Source of the DNA: an uncultured Lachnospiraceae bacterium
GTDB lineage: Bacteria; Bacillota; Clostridia; Oscillospirales; CAG-272
DNA length: 64,000 bases
Assembly (NCBI GenBank): GCA_964534905.1
Contig: CAZHPZ010000001.1
Span: forward strand, 21,719-85,718
Direction: 5' to 3'
The first letter of the stretch is position 1. Each line of letters starts with the position of its first letter. The notes beneath the pieces are model-generated. The model did not search any database. It was given only the letters and a program-made list of their open reading frames with translations, and had not been told where the DNA came from. Below, piece by piece: positions 25,251 through 36,792 of the stretch. The position numbers and the translations under genes are program-made.

Positions 25251-26435
25251 ATGTTCAAGAAAAAAGAATGTGTCGCCATGCTTCTGGCGGGCGGCCAAGG
25301 ATCACGACTTTACGCACTTACCCAAAAAACCGCTAAACCCGCAGTGTCGTTCGGAGGCAAATTCAGAATTATCGATTTTCCTCTTTCGAACTGCATAAAT
25401 TCAGGCGTTGATACCGTGGGTGTGCTTACGCAATATCAGCCCCTCGTTCTTAACGAATACATAGGAAACGGACTTCCGTGGGATCTTGACAGAACCTACG
25501 GCGGAGTTTCGATCCTGCCCCCGTATCAGGGACACAACGGAGCCGATTGGTATAAGGGAACGGCAAATGCGATTTATCAGAATCTTGAGTTTATCAAGAG
25601 ATATTCCGCTGAATATGTTCTCATCCTCTCCGGTGACCATATCTACACTATGGATTATAACAAGATGCTCGAATATCACAAATCTCACGGCGCCGACTGC
25701 ACCATTGCCGTACTTTCCGTTCCTATGGAGGAGGCAAGCAGATTCGGTATTATGAGCGTAAATGAAGATAACTCCATATATAAATTTACAGAAAAGCCGA
25801 AGAATCCCGAAAGCAATCTCGCGTCTATGGGTATATATATATTCACGGCGCAGAAGCTTTACGATTATTTGATCGCCGATGAGGCGGATCCGAATTCAAG
25901 CAACGACTTCGGAAAGAATATTATTCCCAATATGCTCGCAAACGGAGAAAAGATGTTTGCTTACAATTTTGAGGGGTATTGGAAGGATGTCGGAACAATA
26001 AATTCTCTCTGGGAGGCAAATATGGATCTCCTCGGAGAAAAGCCCGTGCTTTCATTTGACGATAATGAAAAAAGAGTGTTCTCACGTCACGAAAATGAGG
26101 CTCCGCAGTATATAGGCGTCGATGCGATAGTTGAAAATTCTTCTATCACAGAGGGATGTGAGATATACGGAACAGTCATCAATTCCGTTTTGGGATACGG
26201 CGTTACGGTAGAGAGAGGAGCTGTTGTCAAAGACAGCGTTCTTATGCATCACGTAACCGTCAGTGAGGGCGCACACGTGGAATATTCCATACTTGACTGC
26301 GATGTTACCGTAGGAAACGGTGCAACGGTTGGCAGACCTAAGGATGTTTCTCAAGGCATAACCGTTATCGGTGCCGACAGAACAGTCGGTGACGGTGAGG
26401 ACGTGCCCGATAATAAAATGATATATTCTGAATAA
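25251..26435 (+). CDS. glgC: Glucose-1-phosphate adenylyltransferase
   Basis: [29 protein letters not shown] and a C-terminal LbH domain. GGGAGG RBS. Confidence 0.95.
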   Translation: MFKKKECVAMLLAGGQGSRLYALTQKTAKPAVSFGGKFRIIDFPLSNCINSGVDTVGVLTQYQPLVLNEYIGNGLPWDLDRTYGGVSILPPYQGHNGADWYKGTANAIYQNLEFIKRYSAEYVLILSGDHIYTMDYNKMLEYHKSHGADCTIAVLSVPMEEASRFGIMSVNEDNSIYKFTEKPKNPESNLASMGIYIFTAQKLYDYLIADEADPNSSNDFGKNIIPNMLANGEKMFAYNFEGYWKDVGTINSLWEANMDLLGEKPVLSFDDNEKRVFSRHENEAPQYIGVDAIVENSSITEGCEIYGTVINSVLGYGVTVERGAVVKDSVLMHHVTVSEGAHVEYSILDCDVTVGNGATVGRPKDVSQGITVIGADRTVGDGEDVPDNKMIYSE

Positions 26436-26447
26436 AGGAGCGAAGAT

Positions 26448-27584
26448 ATGAAAGCAGCTGGACTTATTTTTTCAAATGTACACGACGCATCTATTCCCGA
26501 GCTTACAAAGCCGAGAACAACGGCAAGCATTCCCTTCGGAGGAAGATATCGCCTTATAGATTTCGCTCTTTCCAATATGGTTAATTCCAATATCACGAAC
26601 GTAGGTCTCGTAACGCATAATAATTATTCGTCACTTCTTGACCATATAGGTACGGGAAAGGACTGGGACCTTGCACGCCGTTCGGGAGGAATAAGAATAC
26701 TTCCTCCGTTCATAACGAGCGGATCGCACGGCGGCGATGTGCTTTATTCCACAAGACTTGAGGCACTTATCGGTGTTAAGCACTTTATCGAGCATTGCGG
26801 AGCGGATAATATTATTATTACCGACTGCAATATGATATGCAATATCGATTTTACGGACGCACTCAAGGCGCATATTGCAAATGACGCGGATATAACCGTT
26901 ATTACCAAGCTTGTAAATACGGAAGAGCTTAAATTCCCGCTTGACAAGTATATAAAGATTGTTACAAGCAACGAAAGCGGAGAAATAGTCGGATATGAGT
27001 CTTATGATGCTCACACCGGCAAGCTTCGTATAAATACAAATATGATGATAGTTAAGCGTTCTTACCTGCTTGACGTTATCAATCAGTCCGAGTCACGCGG
27101 ATATAAGAGCTTTTCAAGAGATGTTATAATTCGCAATCTCGGAAAGCACAGATATTTTGCGTTTGAGTATGACGGATATTTCAATTATATCGACTCTATG
27201 CAAAAATATTTCTTCTGCAATATGAAGATGCTTGATCCCTCAAAGAGAGATCTTGTGTTCCGTGTTAAGAACAGACCCGTTTACACAAAGGTCAGAAATT
27301 CCTCTCCAACGAGATATACGGAGAGTGCCAAGGTTAGAAATTCAATTGTTGCCGACGGCTGCGTTATAGAGGGTGTGGTTGAAAATTCCATACTTTTCAG
27401 AGGAGTTAAGGTCGGAAAGGGAACTGTTGTAAAAAATTCGATACTTTTGCAGAATACATATACAGGTGACGATGTTTATCTTAACTGCGTCGTTACCGAT
27501 AAGGACGTAACGATAAAGGACGGAAAGATGCTTTCCGGTCACGAAACGCTTCCTTTCTTCATCGGAAAGGGAACTACTGTTTAA
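26448..27584 (+). CDS. glgD: Glucose-1-phosphate adenylyltransferase subunit GlgD
   Basis: GlgC paralogue lacking the GGxGxRL loop (IPFGGRYRLIDFALSNM), positioned directly after glgC. Confidence 0.85.
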   Translation: MKAAGLIFSNVHDASIPELTKPRTTASIPFGGRYRLIDFALSNMVNSNITNVGLVTHNNYSSLLDHIGTGKDWDLARRSGGIRILPPFITSGSHGGDVLYSTRLEALIGVKHFIEHCGADNIIITDCNMICNIDFTDALKAHIANDADITVITKLVNTEELKFPLDKYIKIVTSNESGEIVGYESYDAHTGKLRINTNMMIVKRSYLLDVINQSESRGYKSFSRDVIIRNLGKHRYFAFEYDGYFNYIDSMQKYFFCNMKMLDPSKRDLVFRVKNRPVYTKVRNSSPTRYTESAKVRNSIVADGCVIEGVVENSILFRGVKVGKGTVVKNSILLQNTYTGDDVYLNCVVTDKDVTIKDGKMLSGHETLPFFIGKGTTV

Positions 27585-27631
27585 ATCTCCTACCTGCGCA
27601 TTTATAAAAAATTGATTAAAGGAGAAGCAAA

Positions 27632-29074
27632 ATGAGAAAAATTTTATTTGTAGGCTCCGAGGTAATGCCGTTTGCGGCAACCGGAGGACTCGGCGATGTT
27701 CTCGGCTCACTTCCGACAGCACTCAAGAGAGACCGCGGAGACGATGTTGACGTCAGAGTGGTTATGCCTCTTTACGACGCGATATCCGATGAATGGAGAT
27801 CGCAGATGAAGCAGGAGGCTGTGTTCAATCTTCAGCTTTCGTGGCGTAATCTCTATTGCGGAGTTTTCAGTCTTGTAAAGGACGGGGTGACCTATTACTT
27901 CATAGATAACGAATATTATTTCAAGAGAGGAAAGCTTTACGGCTTTGACGACGAGGCGGAGAGATATGCATTTTTCTGCAAGGCGTCAATAGAGATGCTC
28001 TGCCATATAGGCTTTTATCCCGACATTCTTCACGCACACGATTGGCAGGCGGCTCTTTCACTTACCTACCTGAATTTTGAGTATCGTTGGAGAAGAGAAT
28101 ATCAGAATATCAGGACTGTTTTCACAATTCATAATATAGAATATCAGGGACAGTTCCCGCATAATGTCGTAGGATTTGTTTTCGGCTTCGGACATTCCGA
28201 TTATCTTGACTATAACGGTTGCATAAATCTTATGAAATGTGCTATCGAGATGGCTGATATCGTCAGCACGGTAAGCCCGAGATATGCGGAGGAGATAAGA
28301 AGCGACGAATATTCTCACGGTCTTGCTCCCATTCTGAACAAGAATGCGCATAAGCTTACCGGTATTCTCAACGGTATAGATTACGATTATTATAATCCGC
28401 TTAACGACAAGGTGATTTGCAAAAATTACGGAGCGGGCGATATTGCCGATAAGAGAATTAATAAAACAGAGCTTCAGAAGAGCGTAGGCTTGCCCGTAAG
28501 AGAGGATGTTCCGCTGATTGCCATAATTTCGAGACTCGCATCTCACAAGGGAATAGATCTGATAAGAGATATTGCGTACAGGCTCGTCGATAATAACGAT
28601 GTTCAGCTCGTTATTCTCGGAAAGGGTGAGGCACAGTATGAGGGATTTTTCTCCGAGCTTGAAAGAAACAGACCCGACAAGGTTCGCGCTCTTTTGATGT
28701 ACGACAGAGATCTTTCGAAGCGTCTTTATGCCGCCGCGGATTTGTTCCTTATGCCGTCGAAGAGCGAGCCCTGCGGACTTTCGCAGATGATCGCGTCACG
28801 CTACGGAGCAATTCCCGTAGTAAGAGAAACAGGAGGTCTTTACGACTCCATAAAGGGCTATTGGTTGCTTAACGGCACCATACTCGGCAACGGATTTACC
28901 TTTGCCAATTATTCGTCTGATGAGCTTTACGAGCGCACATGCGCCGCACTTGAGCTTTATTATAACAAGGATCTGTACCCGATGTTTGTAAGGAAGATTA
29001 TGAACACCGATTTCTCATGGGACACATCCGCAAAAAAATACAATATGCTTTATGACAGAATAAGAAGCATATAA
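27632..29074 (+). CDS. glgA: Glycogen synthase (ADP-glucose type)
   Basis: N-terminal KILFVGSEVMPFAATGGLGDV and C-terminal SKSEPCGLSQM motifs. Confidence 0.95.
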   Translation: MRKILFVGSEVMPFAATGGLGDVLGSLPTALKRDRGDDVDVRVVMPLYDAISDEWRSQMKQEAVFNLQLSWRNLYCGVFSLVKDGVTYYFIDNEYYFKRGKLYGFDDEAERYAFFCKASIEMLCHIGFYPDILHAHDWQAALSLTYLNFEYRWRREYQNIRTVFTIHNIEYQGQFPHNVVGFVFGFGHSDYLDYNGCINLMKCAIEMADIVSTVSPRYAEEIRSDEYSHGLAPILNKNAHKLTGILNGIDYDYYNPLNDKVICKNYGAGDIADKRINKTELQKSVGLPVREDVPLIAIISRLASHKGIDLIRDIAYRLVDNNDVQLVILGKGEAQYEGFFSELERNRPDKVRALLMYDRDLSKRLYAAADLFLMPSKSEPCGLSQMIASRYGAIPVVRETGGLYDSIKGYWLLNGTILGNGFTFANYSSDELYERTCAALELYYNKDLYPMFVRKIMNTDFSWDTSAKKYNMLYDRIRSI

Positions 29075-29103
29075 TCGCAAAACCTATTTATTTTGGAGGA
29101 CAC

Positions 29104-31539
29104 ATGAATTACCAACCCACAGTGAACGAAATCACAGAAAATTTAGAGGGCAAGCTTGCCCGTTACTTCGGCTGTACATCGGCTGAAGCGACGAGAGACC
29201 AGATGTACAAGGCTGCCGCTATGACCGTTAAGGATATTCTCACGGCAAAAAGAGGAGAATATAAAAAGCAGGTCAATGAGGCGGGCGGTAAGAGAGTATA
29301 CTATATGTGTATGGAATTCCTTCTCGGAAGATCTCTCAAGACCAACCTTTGCAATCTCGGACTTGCCGAAAACTATAAAGAATCTCTCAAGGGACTCGGA
29401 TTTGATCTCGACGATCTTTACGAGTGTGAGCCTGACGCAGGACTCGGAAACGGCGGTCTCGGAAGACTTGCAGCCTGCTTTATGGACTCCCTTTCATCTC
29501 TCGACTACCCCGCAACAGGATTTTCGCTTTGCTATGAGTACGGTTTGTTCAAGCAGATGATCGTTGACGGCACTCAGATTGAGTTGCCCGATGTATGGCT
29601 TCCCGGCGGTGAGGTATGGCTCACACCGAGAACCGACAGAGTTTTCAGAGTAAGACTCGGCGGTCATGTCCGTGAAGAATGGCGTGAGGATCATATGGAG
29701 GTTATATACGAGAATTGCGACGAATTCGAAGCATTCCCCTATGATATGATGATCTCCGGCGCGGATTCGCACGCAGTATCTCAGCTTCGTCTTTGGAAAG
29801 CAAGAGATATTAATAATAATTTCAATATGGGACTTTTCTCTCAGGGACAGTATGCGAGAGCGCTTGAAAAGAGCACCAGCGCAGAAGCTCTGACTAAGGT
29901 TCTTTATCCCTCCGATAACCATACAGAGGGTAAAATACTTCGTCTTACACAGCAGTATTTCCTTGTATCCGCGTCTATGCAGAGCATTATTCGCGACCAT
30001 ATGGCTGTTTACGGAACTCTCGACAATTTTGCGGATAAGGTTGCTATCCATATTAACGATACACACCCCGCACTTTGTATCCCCGAGCTTATGAGAATAT
30101 TCCTTGACGATTATCACTTCTCTTGGGAAAGAGCGTGGGATACTGTACAGAAGGTAGTATCTTATACTAACCATACAGTACTTCCCGAGGCTCTTGAAAC
30201 ATGGAATGAGGATATATTCCAGTTCCAGCTCCCGAGAATTCATCAGATAATCAAGGAGATTAACGAACGCTTCTGCAAGGAGGCTTGGAACGCATTCCCC
30301 GGTAACTGGGATAAGATATCCAAGCTCAGCGTTATCGGATACGGTCAGGTCAGAATGGCTAACCTTTCCGTAATAGGATCTCACTCCGTTAACGGCGTTT
30401 CAAAGCTTCACTCCGAGATACTCAAGGATAATACCTTTAAGGATTTCTATAAGATGTATCCCGACAGATTCGATAACGTAACCAACGGTATCGCACACAG
30501 AAGATGGCTTTGCTACTCCAATCCCAAGCTTTCCGCTCTTCTTGACGAATGCATAGGTACAGGATACAGACATGAGCCCGAGCAGCTTGCCGAGTTCGCA
30601 AAATATGCCGATGATAAGGCTGTTCTTGAGCAGCTTCGTGCAATCAAGCACGAAAACAAGAAGTACTTTGCGGAGCTTGTATATAAAAAGACAGGCAGAG
30701 CACTTGATACTCATTCGGTATTCGACGTGCAGATCAAGCGCTTGCACGAGTACAAGCGTCAGCTCCTCAATGCACTTAATATCATCAACCTTTATATTGA
30801 TCTTAAGGAAAATCCCAATCTTGACGTTCAGCCTCAGACATTCCTCTTCGGAGCAAAAGCGGCTCCAGGATATCAGATGGCTAAGGAGATTATTAAGCTT
30901 ATATGCTTTATCAGCCGCGAGATAGATCAGGATCCCGTTATACGTCAGAAGCTTCGCGTCGTATTCCTTGAGGATTACAACGTAAGCATGGCAGAGGCAC
31001 TTATCCCCTCGGCTGAAATAAGCCAGCAGATTTCTCTTGCGGGTAAGGAAGCGAGCGGAACGGGCTGCATGAAGCTTATGATGAACGGTGCTCTTACCAT
31101 AGGTACGCTTGACGGAGCTAATATCGAGATGCTTGCAGCAGCCGGTAAGGATAATATGTATATCTTCGGTCTTACTGCCAAGGAGGTCGAGGAGATCTGG
31201 GCAAGAGGCTATCACTCCAATGAATTCTATGCAAATAACGACAGACTCAATAAGATAATCGATTACCTTAACAGAGGATTTGCAGGTCAGTCGTTTGCCA
31301 ATATTTCGAGATATCTTCTTACGGGTATGGGTGTAGCCGATCCGTTTATGTGCCTTGCTGACTTTGAGTCGTATCGTACAACTCACGACAGAATGATCGC
31401 GGATTATGCAAATAAAGAAAAGTGGAACAGAATGTCGCTTCTCAATATCGCAAATTCCGGATTCTTTGCAGCTGACAGAAGTATTGAGGAATATGCAGAT
31501 AAATTCTGGAATCTCAAAAAAATTCCCGATAATAAATAA
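29104..31539 (+). CDS. glgP: Glycogen/maltodextrin phosphorylase
   Basis: 811 aa with EPDAGLGNGGLGRLAACF and the PLP-lysine region EASGTGCMKLMMNGA. Confidence 0.95.
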   Translation: MNYQPTVNEITENLEGKLARYFGCTSAEATRDQMYKAAAMTVKDILTAKRGEYKKQVNEAGGKRVYYMCMEFLLGRSLKTNLCNLGLAENYKESLKGLGFDLDDLYECEPDAGLGNGGLGRLAACFMDSLSSLDYPATGFSLCYEYGLFKQMIVDGTQIELPDVWLPGGEVWLTPRTDRVFRVRLGGHVREEWREDHMEVIYENCDEFEAFPYDMMISGADSHAVSQLRLWKARDINNNFNMGLFSQGQYARALEKSTSAEALTKVLYPSDNHTEGKILRLTQQYFLVSASMQSIIRDHMAVYGTLDNFADKVAIHINDTHPALCIPELMRIFLDDYHFSWERAWDTVQKVVSYTNHTVLPEALETWNEDIFQFQLPRIHQIIKEINERFCKEAWNAFPGNWDKISKLSVIGYGQVRMANLSVIGSHSVNGVSKLHSEILKDNTFKDFYKMYPDRFDNVTNGIAHRRWLCYSNPKLSALLDECIGTGYRHEPEQLAEFAKYADDKAVLEQLRAIKHENKKYFAELVYKKTGRALDTHSVFDVQIKRLHEYKRQLLNALNIINLYIDLKENPNLDVQPQTFLFGAKAAPGYQMAKEIIKLICFISREIDQDPVIRQKLRVVFLEDYNVSMAEALIPSAEISQQISLAGKEASGTGCMKLMMNGALTIGTLDGANIEMLAAAGKDNMYIFGLTAKEVEEIWARGYHSNEFYANNDRLNKIIDYLNRGFAGQSFANISRYLLTGMGVADPFMCLADFESYRTTHDRMIADYANKEKWNRMSLLNIANSGFFAADRSIEEYADKFWNLKKIPDNK

Positions 31540-31545
31540 TATAAA

Positions 31546-33459
31546 ATGAATAATCAGCTGACTTATAATCCCTCGGCAAACGGTGTCGAGATAATAAGGG
31601 AAGTAAAGGTCGGTTCGTCATGGGAAAATGCCTCGTATCGCGGGGCATTTTCCATCGACGACGACATTCGCTTCAGGGTGAGCATACCCACGGAAATGGG
31701 CGCACAGGGAATAGTCCTGAGAATTAACCGAGACGGTGAAAACTATTGGGATATTCCGCTTGCTCTGACACGGCTTGAGGTGGGACGCGGAGAATATATC
31801 GTTGAGTTGAATATGCGTCATACCTGCGGTATCGTTCCCGCACTGTTTTTTTATGAATTTTTGTTTTTGCGCGGAACGAGAACGCTTTTTACCGAAAGTA
31901 TAAATAATTACGATTTTGATCTTTCTTACCGTTCAACATCAAAGTTTTCCTTGCTGGTTTACGAAAGCTATTTCAAGGCCAAGGAGTGGTTCGGATCGGG
32001 TATAATGTATCATATATTCGTCGACCGCTTTGCAAAGGGTGATATACCGCCGTTTACAAGAGATGACGCGGTGTACAACGACGATTGGTATAACGGCGTT
32101 CCGCAGTATGCCAAAAGGCAGGGAGATAAGCTGAAGAATAATATGTTCTTCGGCGGAAATATTAAGGGAATTGAGGATAAGCTCGATTATCTTGCATCGC
32201 TCGGAACGCGCGTCATATATCTCAGTCCCGTGTTTAAGGCATATTCCAATCATAAATACGATACGGGTGACTATATGAAAGTCGATGAGGCGTTCGGCGG
32301 GGATGAGGCGTTGCGCTCTCTTATCAAGCACGCGGATGAGTACGGAATCAAAATAATTCTTGACGGCGTTTTCAATCATACGGGCGACGACAGCGTGTAT
32401 TTTGACAGATACGGAAAATACGGCTCCCGAGGCGCATATGAGTGCGAGGCCTCTCCTTATCACGATTGGTATAATTTCAAGAGTTTTCCCGACAGCTATG
32501 ACTGCTGGTGGGGCATAGATGTTCTGCCTAAGCTTAATCAGAATAATGAATCCTGCCGCAATTATTTTGTCGGAGAGAGCGGAGTTGTCGAAAAATATAC
32601 GAAAATGGGCATCGGAGGCTGGAGACTTGATGTCGCCGACGAGCTTCCCGACGAATTTTTATACCGTTTACGGGATTGCGTTCATAAGAATTCCGAAAAT
32701 GAGGGTATCATTATCGGCGAGGTCTGGGAAAATGCCGCGGTAAAGAGCGCATACGGAAAGCGCAGAAATTACTTCCACGGCGGACAGCTTGACAGCGTTA
32801 TGAATTATCCGCTCAGAAACGGAATTATTGATTTTGTTACCTGCGGAAGTGCGGAGATGCTCTATAATGTTCTTATGGAGATATATACCTCTTATCCGAG
32901 ATTTGTTTCGGACTCGCTTATGAATATACTCGGAACACACGATACGGAGAGAATTCTCACGGTGCTCGGAGATAATTTCAAGCCCGATCTTGATAACGAT
33001 CACCTCGCAGTGATGAGAATGACTCCGAATGAAAGAGAGATTGCCGTAAAGAGACTCAAAATGGCGTCGGTGATTCAGTATACCGTGTACGGTATACCGT
33101 CGGTATTTTACGGAGACGAGGCGGGAATCGAGGGATATCACGATCCGTTTTGCCGCAGGACATATCCGTGGGGCAGAGAGGACGGCGGACTTCTTGAGCA
33201 TTACAGAAGGCTTGGAGAGCTAAGATGTATTGAAAAGGCATTTGATCGCGGCTCGTTCAGAGTGCTTGATCACGGTGCGGATTATCTTATTTACGAGCGT
33301 GAGCGTGAGGGCTCACGTGTTGTCGTGCTTGCAAACGGCGGAGGAGATAACCGTAAATTCGCACTTGAGGGCAAGTGGATAGATATGCTTTCCTTTGATA
33401 CCTATGAGGGACGTGTTCCCGTGAAATCGCATACCGCGAGAATTATGAAGCAAATATAA
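31546..33459 (+). CDS. GH13 alpha-glucosidase/neopullulanase-like enzyme with an N-terminal accessory domain
   Basis: The four GH13 regions are present: DGVFNHTG, GWRLDVADE, EVWE, LGTHDTER. Confidence 0.85.
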   Translation: MNNQLTYNPSANGVEIIREVKVGSSWENASYRGAFSIDDDIRFRVSIPTEMGAQGIVLRINRDGENYWDIPLALTRLEVGRGEYIVELNMRHTCGIVPALFFYEFLFLRGTRTLFTESINNYDFDLSYRSTSKFSLLVYESYFKAKEWFGSGIMYHIFVDRFAKGDIPPFTRDDAVYNDDWYNGVPQYAKRQGDKLKNNMFFGGNIKGIEDKLDYLASLGTRVIYLSPVFKAYSNHKYDTGDYMKVDEAFGGDEALRSLIKHADEYGIKIILDGVFNHTGDDSVYFDRYGKYGSRGAYECEASPYHDWYNFKSFPDSYDCWWGIDVLPKLNQNNESCRNYFVGESGVVEKYTKMGIGGWRLDVADELPDEFLYRLRDCVHKNSENEGIIIGEVWENAAVKSAYGKRRNYFHGGQLDSVMNYPLRNGIIDFVTCGSAEMLYNVLMEIYTSYPRFVSDSLMNILGTHDTERILTVLGDNFKPDLDNDHLAVMRMTPNEREIAVKRLKMASVIQYTVYGIPSVFYGDEAGIEGYHDPFCRRTYPWGREDGGLLEHYRRLGELRCIEKAFDRGSFRVLDHGADYLIYEREREGSRVVVLANGGGDNRKFALEGKWIDMLSFDTYEGRVPVKSHTARIMKQI

Positions 33460-33467
33460 TATAAATA

Positions 33468-33499
33468 ATACGGTGCTCGTTTTGGGTGCCGTATTTTTT
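33468..33499 (+). terminator. Terminator of the glycogen operon
   Basis: ATACGGTGCTC / GGGTGCCGTAT stem (with G-U pairs) followed by TTTTTT. Confidence 0.6.
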
Positions 33500-33575
33500 A
33501 TGAAAATTTCAAAAAACGATTGATATATTTCTTAAAATGTGATAATATTAATATGAATATTTTTTGTACGGGTAA

Positions 33576-34103
33576 ATGTGTATGAAAATAAAGCTGTTGA
33601 CGTTGATATTAATTATAATCATTTTGCTCGGTATGCTTTCCTGTGTATACGACGATAACGGTGCGCCGGGAGCGATAGCGGCAGACGAAGATACGGTTGC
33701 ATCCGTGAAGCGTGACCTTGAGAATATGGAAAATTCGCTTCTTGCAAGCGACGGTGATGTCTTTTGGACGAAGTCGGGTACGCTTTGGCACGCAAGCTAT
33801 AAATGCTCTTATATTGCCAATTCCAAAACGGTATATCACGGAAGCGTGGAGGATGCAATGCTGGCAGGTAAGGTAAAGGCGTGCGAAAGATGCTCGGCAG
33901 CTCTTGCAGAGCAGGATATTTGGGAACAGCTTGAGAAAAACAGCGTGCTTGACGGAGATGTTTTCTTTACCCGTGAGGGTGAAGTATGGCATTCCTCCGA
34001 GAATTGCAATGCTCTCGGGCAGGAAAGGGTGTATCACGGAAGCCGTGCGATAGCAATATTGCTCGGAAAGACCGTGGCATGCAATGAATGCGGTGACAGA
34101 TAA
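33576..34103 (+). CDS. Small lipoprotein with two tandem Cys-motif modules
   Basis: Lipobox LGMLSC. Two copies of GDVF(W/F)T..G..WH.S..C......(V)YHGS.......G....C..C. Confidence 0.6.
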   Translation: MCMKIKLLTLILIIIILLGMLSCVYDDNGAPGAIAADEDTVASVKRDLENMENSLLASDGDVFWTKSGTLWHASYKCSYIANSKTVYHGSVEDAMLAGKVKACERCSAALAEQDIWEQLEKNSVLDGDVFFTREGEVWHSSENCNALGQERVYHGSRAIAILLGKTVACNECGDR

Positions 34104-34114
34104 AAAGGTGGATT

Positions 34115-34588
34115 ATGGCAGATAAGAATAAAAATTCGATAAAAATAATATCTCAGAATAAAAAGGCATATCACGACTATTTTGTAGAAGAAAAATATGA
34201 GGCGGGAATAGAGCTTTTCGGCACAGAGGTTAAAAGCATACGTGCGGGAAAGGTCAATATCAAGGAAGCGTATTGCGATATCAAGGATGGCGAGGTTTTC
34301 GTTCTCGGTATGCACATAAGTCCTTATGAGCAGGGAAATATATTCAACAAGGACCCATTGCGTCCGAAGCGTTTGCTTTTGCATAAGCGTGAAATTCTTA
34401 AGCTTTTCGGACTTGTTTCGCAAAAGGGATATACGCTCGTGCCGCTTCAGATATATTTGTCGGGCTCAAGAGTAAAGATTGAGATAGGACTTTGCCGAGG
34501 TAAAAAGATATACGATAAGAGAGAGGATATGGCGAGAAGCGATGCGAAACGCGATATGGAGCGTGTATTCAAATCGCACGATATGTGA
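34115..34588 (+). CDS. smpB: SsrA-binding protein
   Basis: [33 protein letters not shown] matches the SmpB N-terminal signature. Confidence 0.95.
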   Translation: MADKNKNSIKIISQNKKAYHDYFVEEKYEAGIELFGTEVKSIRAGKVNIKEAYCDIKDGEVFVLGMHISPYEQGNIFNKDPLRPKRLLLHKREILKLFGLVSQKGYTLVPLQIYLSGSRVKIEIGLCRGKKIYDKREDMARSDAKRDMERVFKSHDM

Positions 34589-34595
34589 GGATAAT

Positions 34596-36086
34596 ATGAA
34601 GATAAGCTTTGATAACGAAAAATATATTGATATGCAGTCGAGGCATATCAAGGACAGAATCGCCGAATTCGGCGGAAAGCTCTACCTTGAATTCGGCGGA
34701 AAGCTCTTTGATGATTATCACGCGTCGCGTGTTCTTCCCGGATTTAAGCCGGATAGCAAGCTTAAAATGCTTCTCCAGCTGAAGGACAGAGCGGAGATCG
34801 TGATAGCTGTCAATACGGAGGACATCGAAAAGAATAAGATGCGCGGAGATCTCGGTATTACATACGATCTTGATGTATTGAGACTGATCGACGCCTTTCG
34901 TAATGTCGGACTTTACGTCGGAAGCGTAGTTCTTACAAGATTTGAGGGTACGGATCCCACGGTTGCCAAATTTGAAAGAAAGCTTACAAGGCTCGGCGTT
35001 AAGGTTTATCATCATTTCAACATCAGCGGATATCCGTCCGATATTGAAAAAATACTCAGCGATGAGGGATACGGCAATAATGAGTATATAGAGACAGAGA
35101 GGGAGCTTGTGATTGTCACAGGCCCCGGTCCCGGAAGCGGGAAAATGGCTGTATGCCTTTCTCAGCTTTATAACGATAATAAAAAGGGTGTTAAGGCGGG
35201 ATATGCTAAATTTGAGACGTTTCCGATATGGAATAAACCCCTGCGTCACCCCGTTAATCTTGCTTATGAGGCGGCAACCGCAGACCTTAAGGATGTTAAT
35301 ATGATAGACCCGTATCACCTTGAAAAATACGGTGAGATGGCGGTCAACTATAACCGTGATGTGGAAATATTCCCCGTGCTTGACGCTATATTTAAGGGAA
35401 TTTACGGTTCATCACCGTATAATTCTCCGACGGATATGGGCGTAAATATGGTCGGTAACTGTATTGTCGACGACGACGGAGTTTGTGACGCCTCAAAACG
35501 AGAGATATCAAGACGTTATTGTGACGCTCTTTGCATCTATAAGGACGATGATACGCAGAAAAATGCCGAAACCGTTCAGAAGCTTGAGCTTCTTATGCGT
35601 CAGGCGGGAATCTCAAAGGATTACAGACAGGTGGTCTCCGCCGCACAGGAAAAGAGTCACACCGCGGGAGTACCTGCGAGTGCGATAGAGCTTGAGGATG
35701 GCAGAATAGTTACGGGAAAGGAAACCGAGCTGCTTGAATCGGCGTCGGCAATGCTTCTTAATGCGCTTAAGGAGATAACCGGTATTCCCGACGAGATACA
35801 TTTGCTCACGCCCGAGGTAATCGAGCCTCTGCAGAAGCTTAAATGTCAGTATCTTTCGAGAAGCTATACTAAGTTGAATGTCAATGAAATTCTTATTGCA
35901 CTCTCGATATCAGCACACACCTCCGCTATGGCGGCGTATGCGCTTAAACAACTGCCGTCGCTTGCATTCTGCGACGTGCATTCGAGCGTAATGCTCAGTA
36001 AATCCGATATTGAGGTGCTTAAAAGGCTCGGTATGAACGTAACGAGCGAGCCTAAATATCAGATAAAGGAAATATTTATAGGATGA
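34596..36086 (+). CDS. DUF1846 (UPF0371) family protein
   Basis: About 496 aa starting MKISFDNEKYIDMQSRHIKDRI...YHASRVLPGF, typical of UPF0371. GAGGA RBS. Confidence 0.75.
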   Translation: MKISFDNEKYIDMQSRHIKDRIAEFGGKLYLEFGGKLFDDYHASRVLPGFKPDSKLKMLLQLKDRAEIVIAVNTEDIEKNKMRGDLGITYDLDVLRLIDAFRNVGLYVGSVVLTRFEGTDPTVAKFERKLTRLGVKVYHHFNISGYPSDIEKILSDEGYGNNEYIETERELVIVTGPGPGSGKMAVCLSQLYNDNKKGVKAGYAKFETFPIWNKPLRHPVNLAYEAATADLKDVNMIDPYHLEKYGEMAVNYNRDVEIFPVLDAIFKGIYGSSPYNSPTDMGVNMVGNCIVDDDGVCDASKREISRRYCDALCIYKDDDTQKNAETVQKLELLMRQAGISKDYRQVVSAAQEKSHTAGVPASAIELEDGRIVTGKETELLESASAMLLNALKEITGIPDEIHLLTPEVIEPLQKLKCQYLSRSYTKLNVNEILIALSISAHTSAMAAYALKQLPSLAFCDVHSSVMLSKSDIEVLKRLGMNVTSEPKYQIKEIFIG

Positions 36087-36204
36087 CGGGAGGCTTGCAA
36101 TACGCAAGCCCCCTTTTTTCTAAATTATTATATTACCACTTGAAAAAGCAGGGGATATTTGATATAATGTAAATATATTGAGATACGATTTTTGGAGATA
36201 TGCT

Positions 36205-36792
36205 ATGAGATCTTGGGAAGAATTATACGATGAATGCGCGGCTTGCGAAAAATGCGAGCTTCATAAAACACGAACGAATTGCGTTTTCGGAATAGGAAAT
36301 AAAAATGCGGATATTTTGTTCGTCGGAGAAGCTCCGGGCGAGCGTGAGGATCTTTCGGGAACACCGTTTGTCGGAAGAGCCGGTCAGCTGCTTGATAAAT
36401 ATTTGTTTGCGGTAGATATTCCGCGAGAGAGCGTTTATATAGCAAATATTTTAAAATGCCGTCCGCCGAAAAACAGAGACCCGAAACCCGATGAAGAGGA
36501 CGCTTGTATGGATTATCTCCGTGAGCAGGTTCGACTTATAAAGCCTAAAATGATAATCTGCCTCGGCAGAATCGCGGCTCAAAGGCTGATAGATCCGAAT
36601 TACCGCATCACCAAGGAACATGGTACGTGGGTTCAGAGGGGAAGCTTTCTGATTACCGCCGTTTATCACCCCGCACTTCTTTTGCGTGATCCGCGAAAGA
36701 AAGAGGAAATGCTTGAGGATATGAAATCGGTCAAGGCTAAGCTTGACGAAATAAGAGGCTCCGAGACGGAGAGGGGCGGAAATGGGCAATAA
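36205..36792 (+). CDS. Uracil-DNA glycosylase, family 4
   Basis: [23 protein letters not shown] motif and N-terminal Cys cluster CAACEKC. Confidence 0.85.
   Translation: MRSWEELYDECAACEKCELHKTRTNCVFGIGNKNADILFVGEAPGEREDLSGTPFVGRAGQLLDKYLFAVDIPRESVYIANILKCRPPKNRDPKPDEEDACMDYLREQVRLIKPKMIICLGRIAAQRLIDPNYRITKEHGTWVQRGSFLITAVYHPALLLRDPRKKEEMLEDMKSVKAKLDEIRGSETERGGNGQ

Noticed and set aside
29494-31386. Long ORFs of 296 and 328 aa lie antisense to glgP. Similar cases are 56630-57649 within the GH43 gene, 34569-35318 within the DUF1846 gene, 38080-38655 and 38779-39354 within the CofE-like gene, 52943-53749 within the AraC gene, and 20546-21154.
   Set aside because: These are shadow ORFs opposite well-supported genes. 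They have low-complexity or odd composition, no RBS and no recognisable motifs.
33460-36200. I looked for tmRNA (ssrA) next to smpB.
   Set aside because: The intergenic spaces around smpB are too short. No tRNA-Ala-like acceptor or T-arm ending in GGTTCGA...CCA was seen, so ssrA must lie elsewhere.
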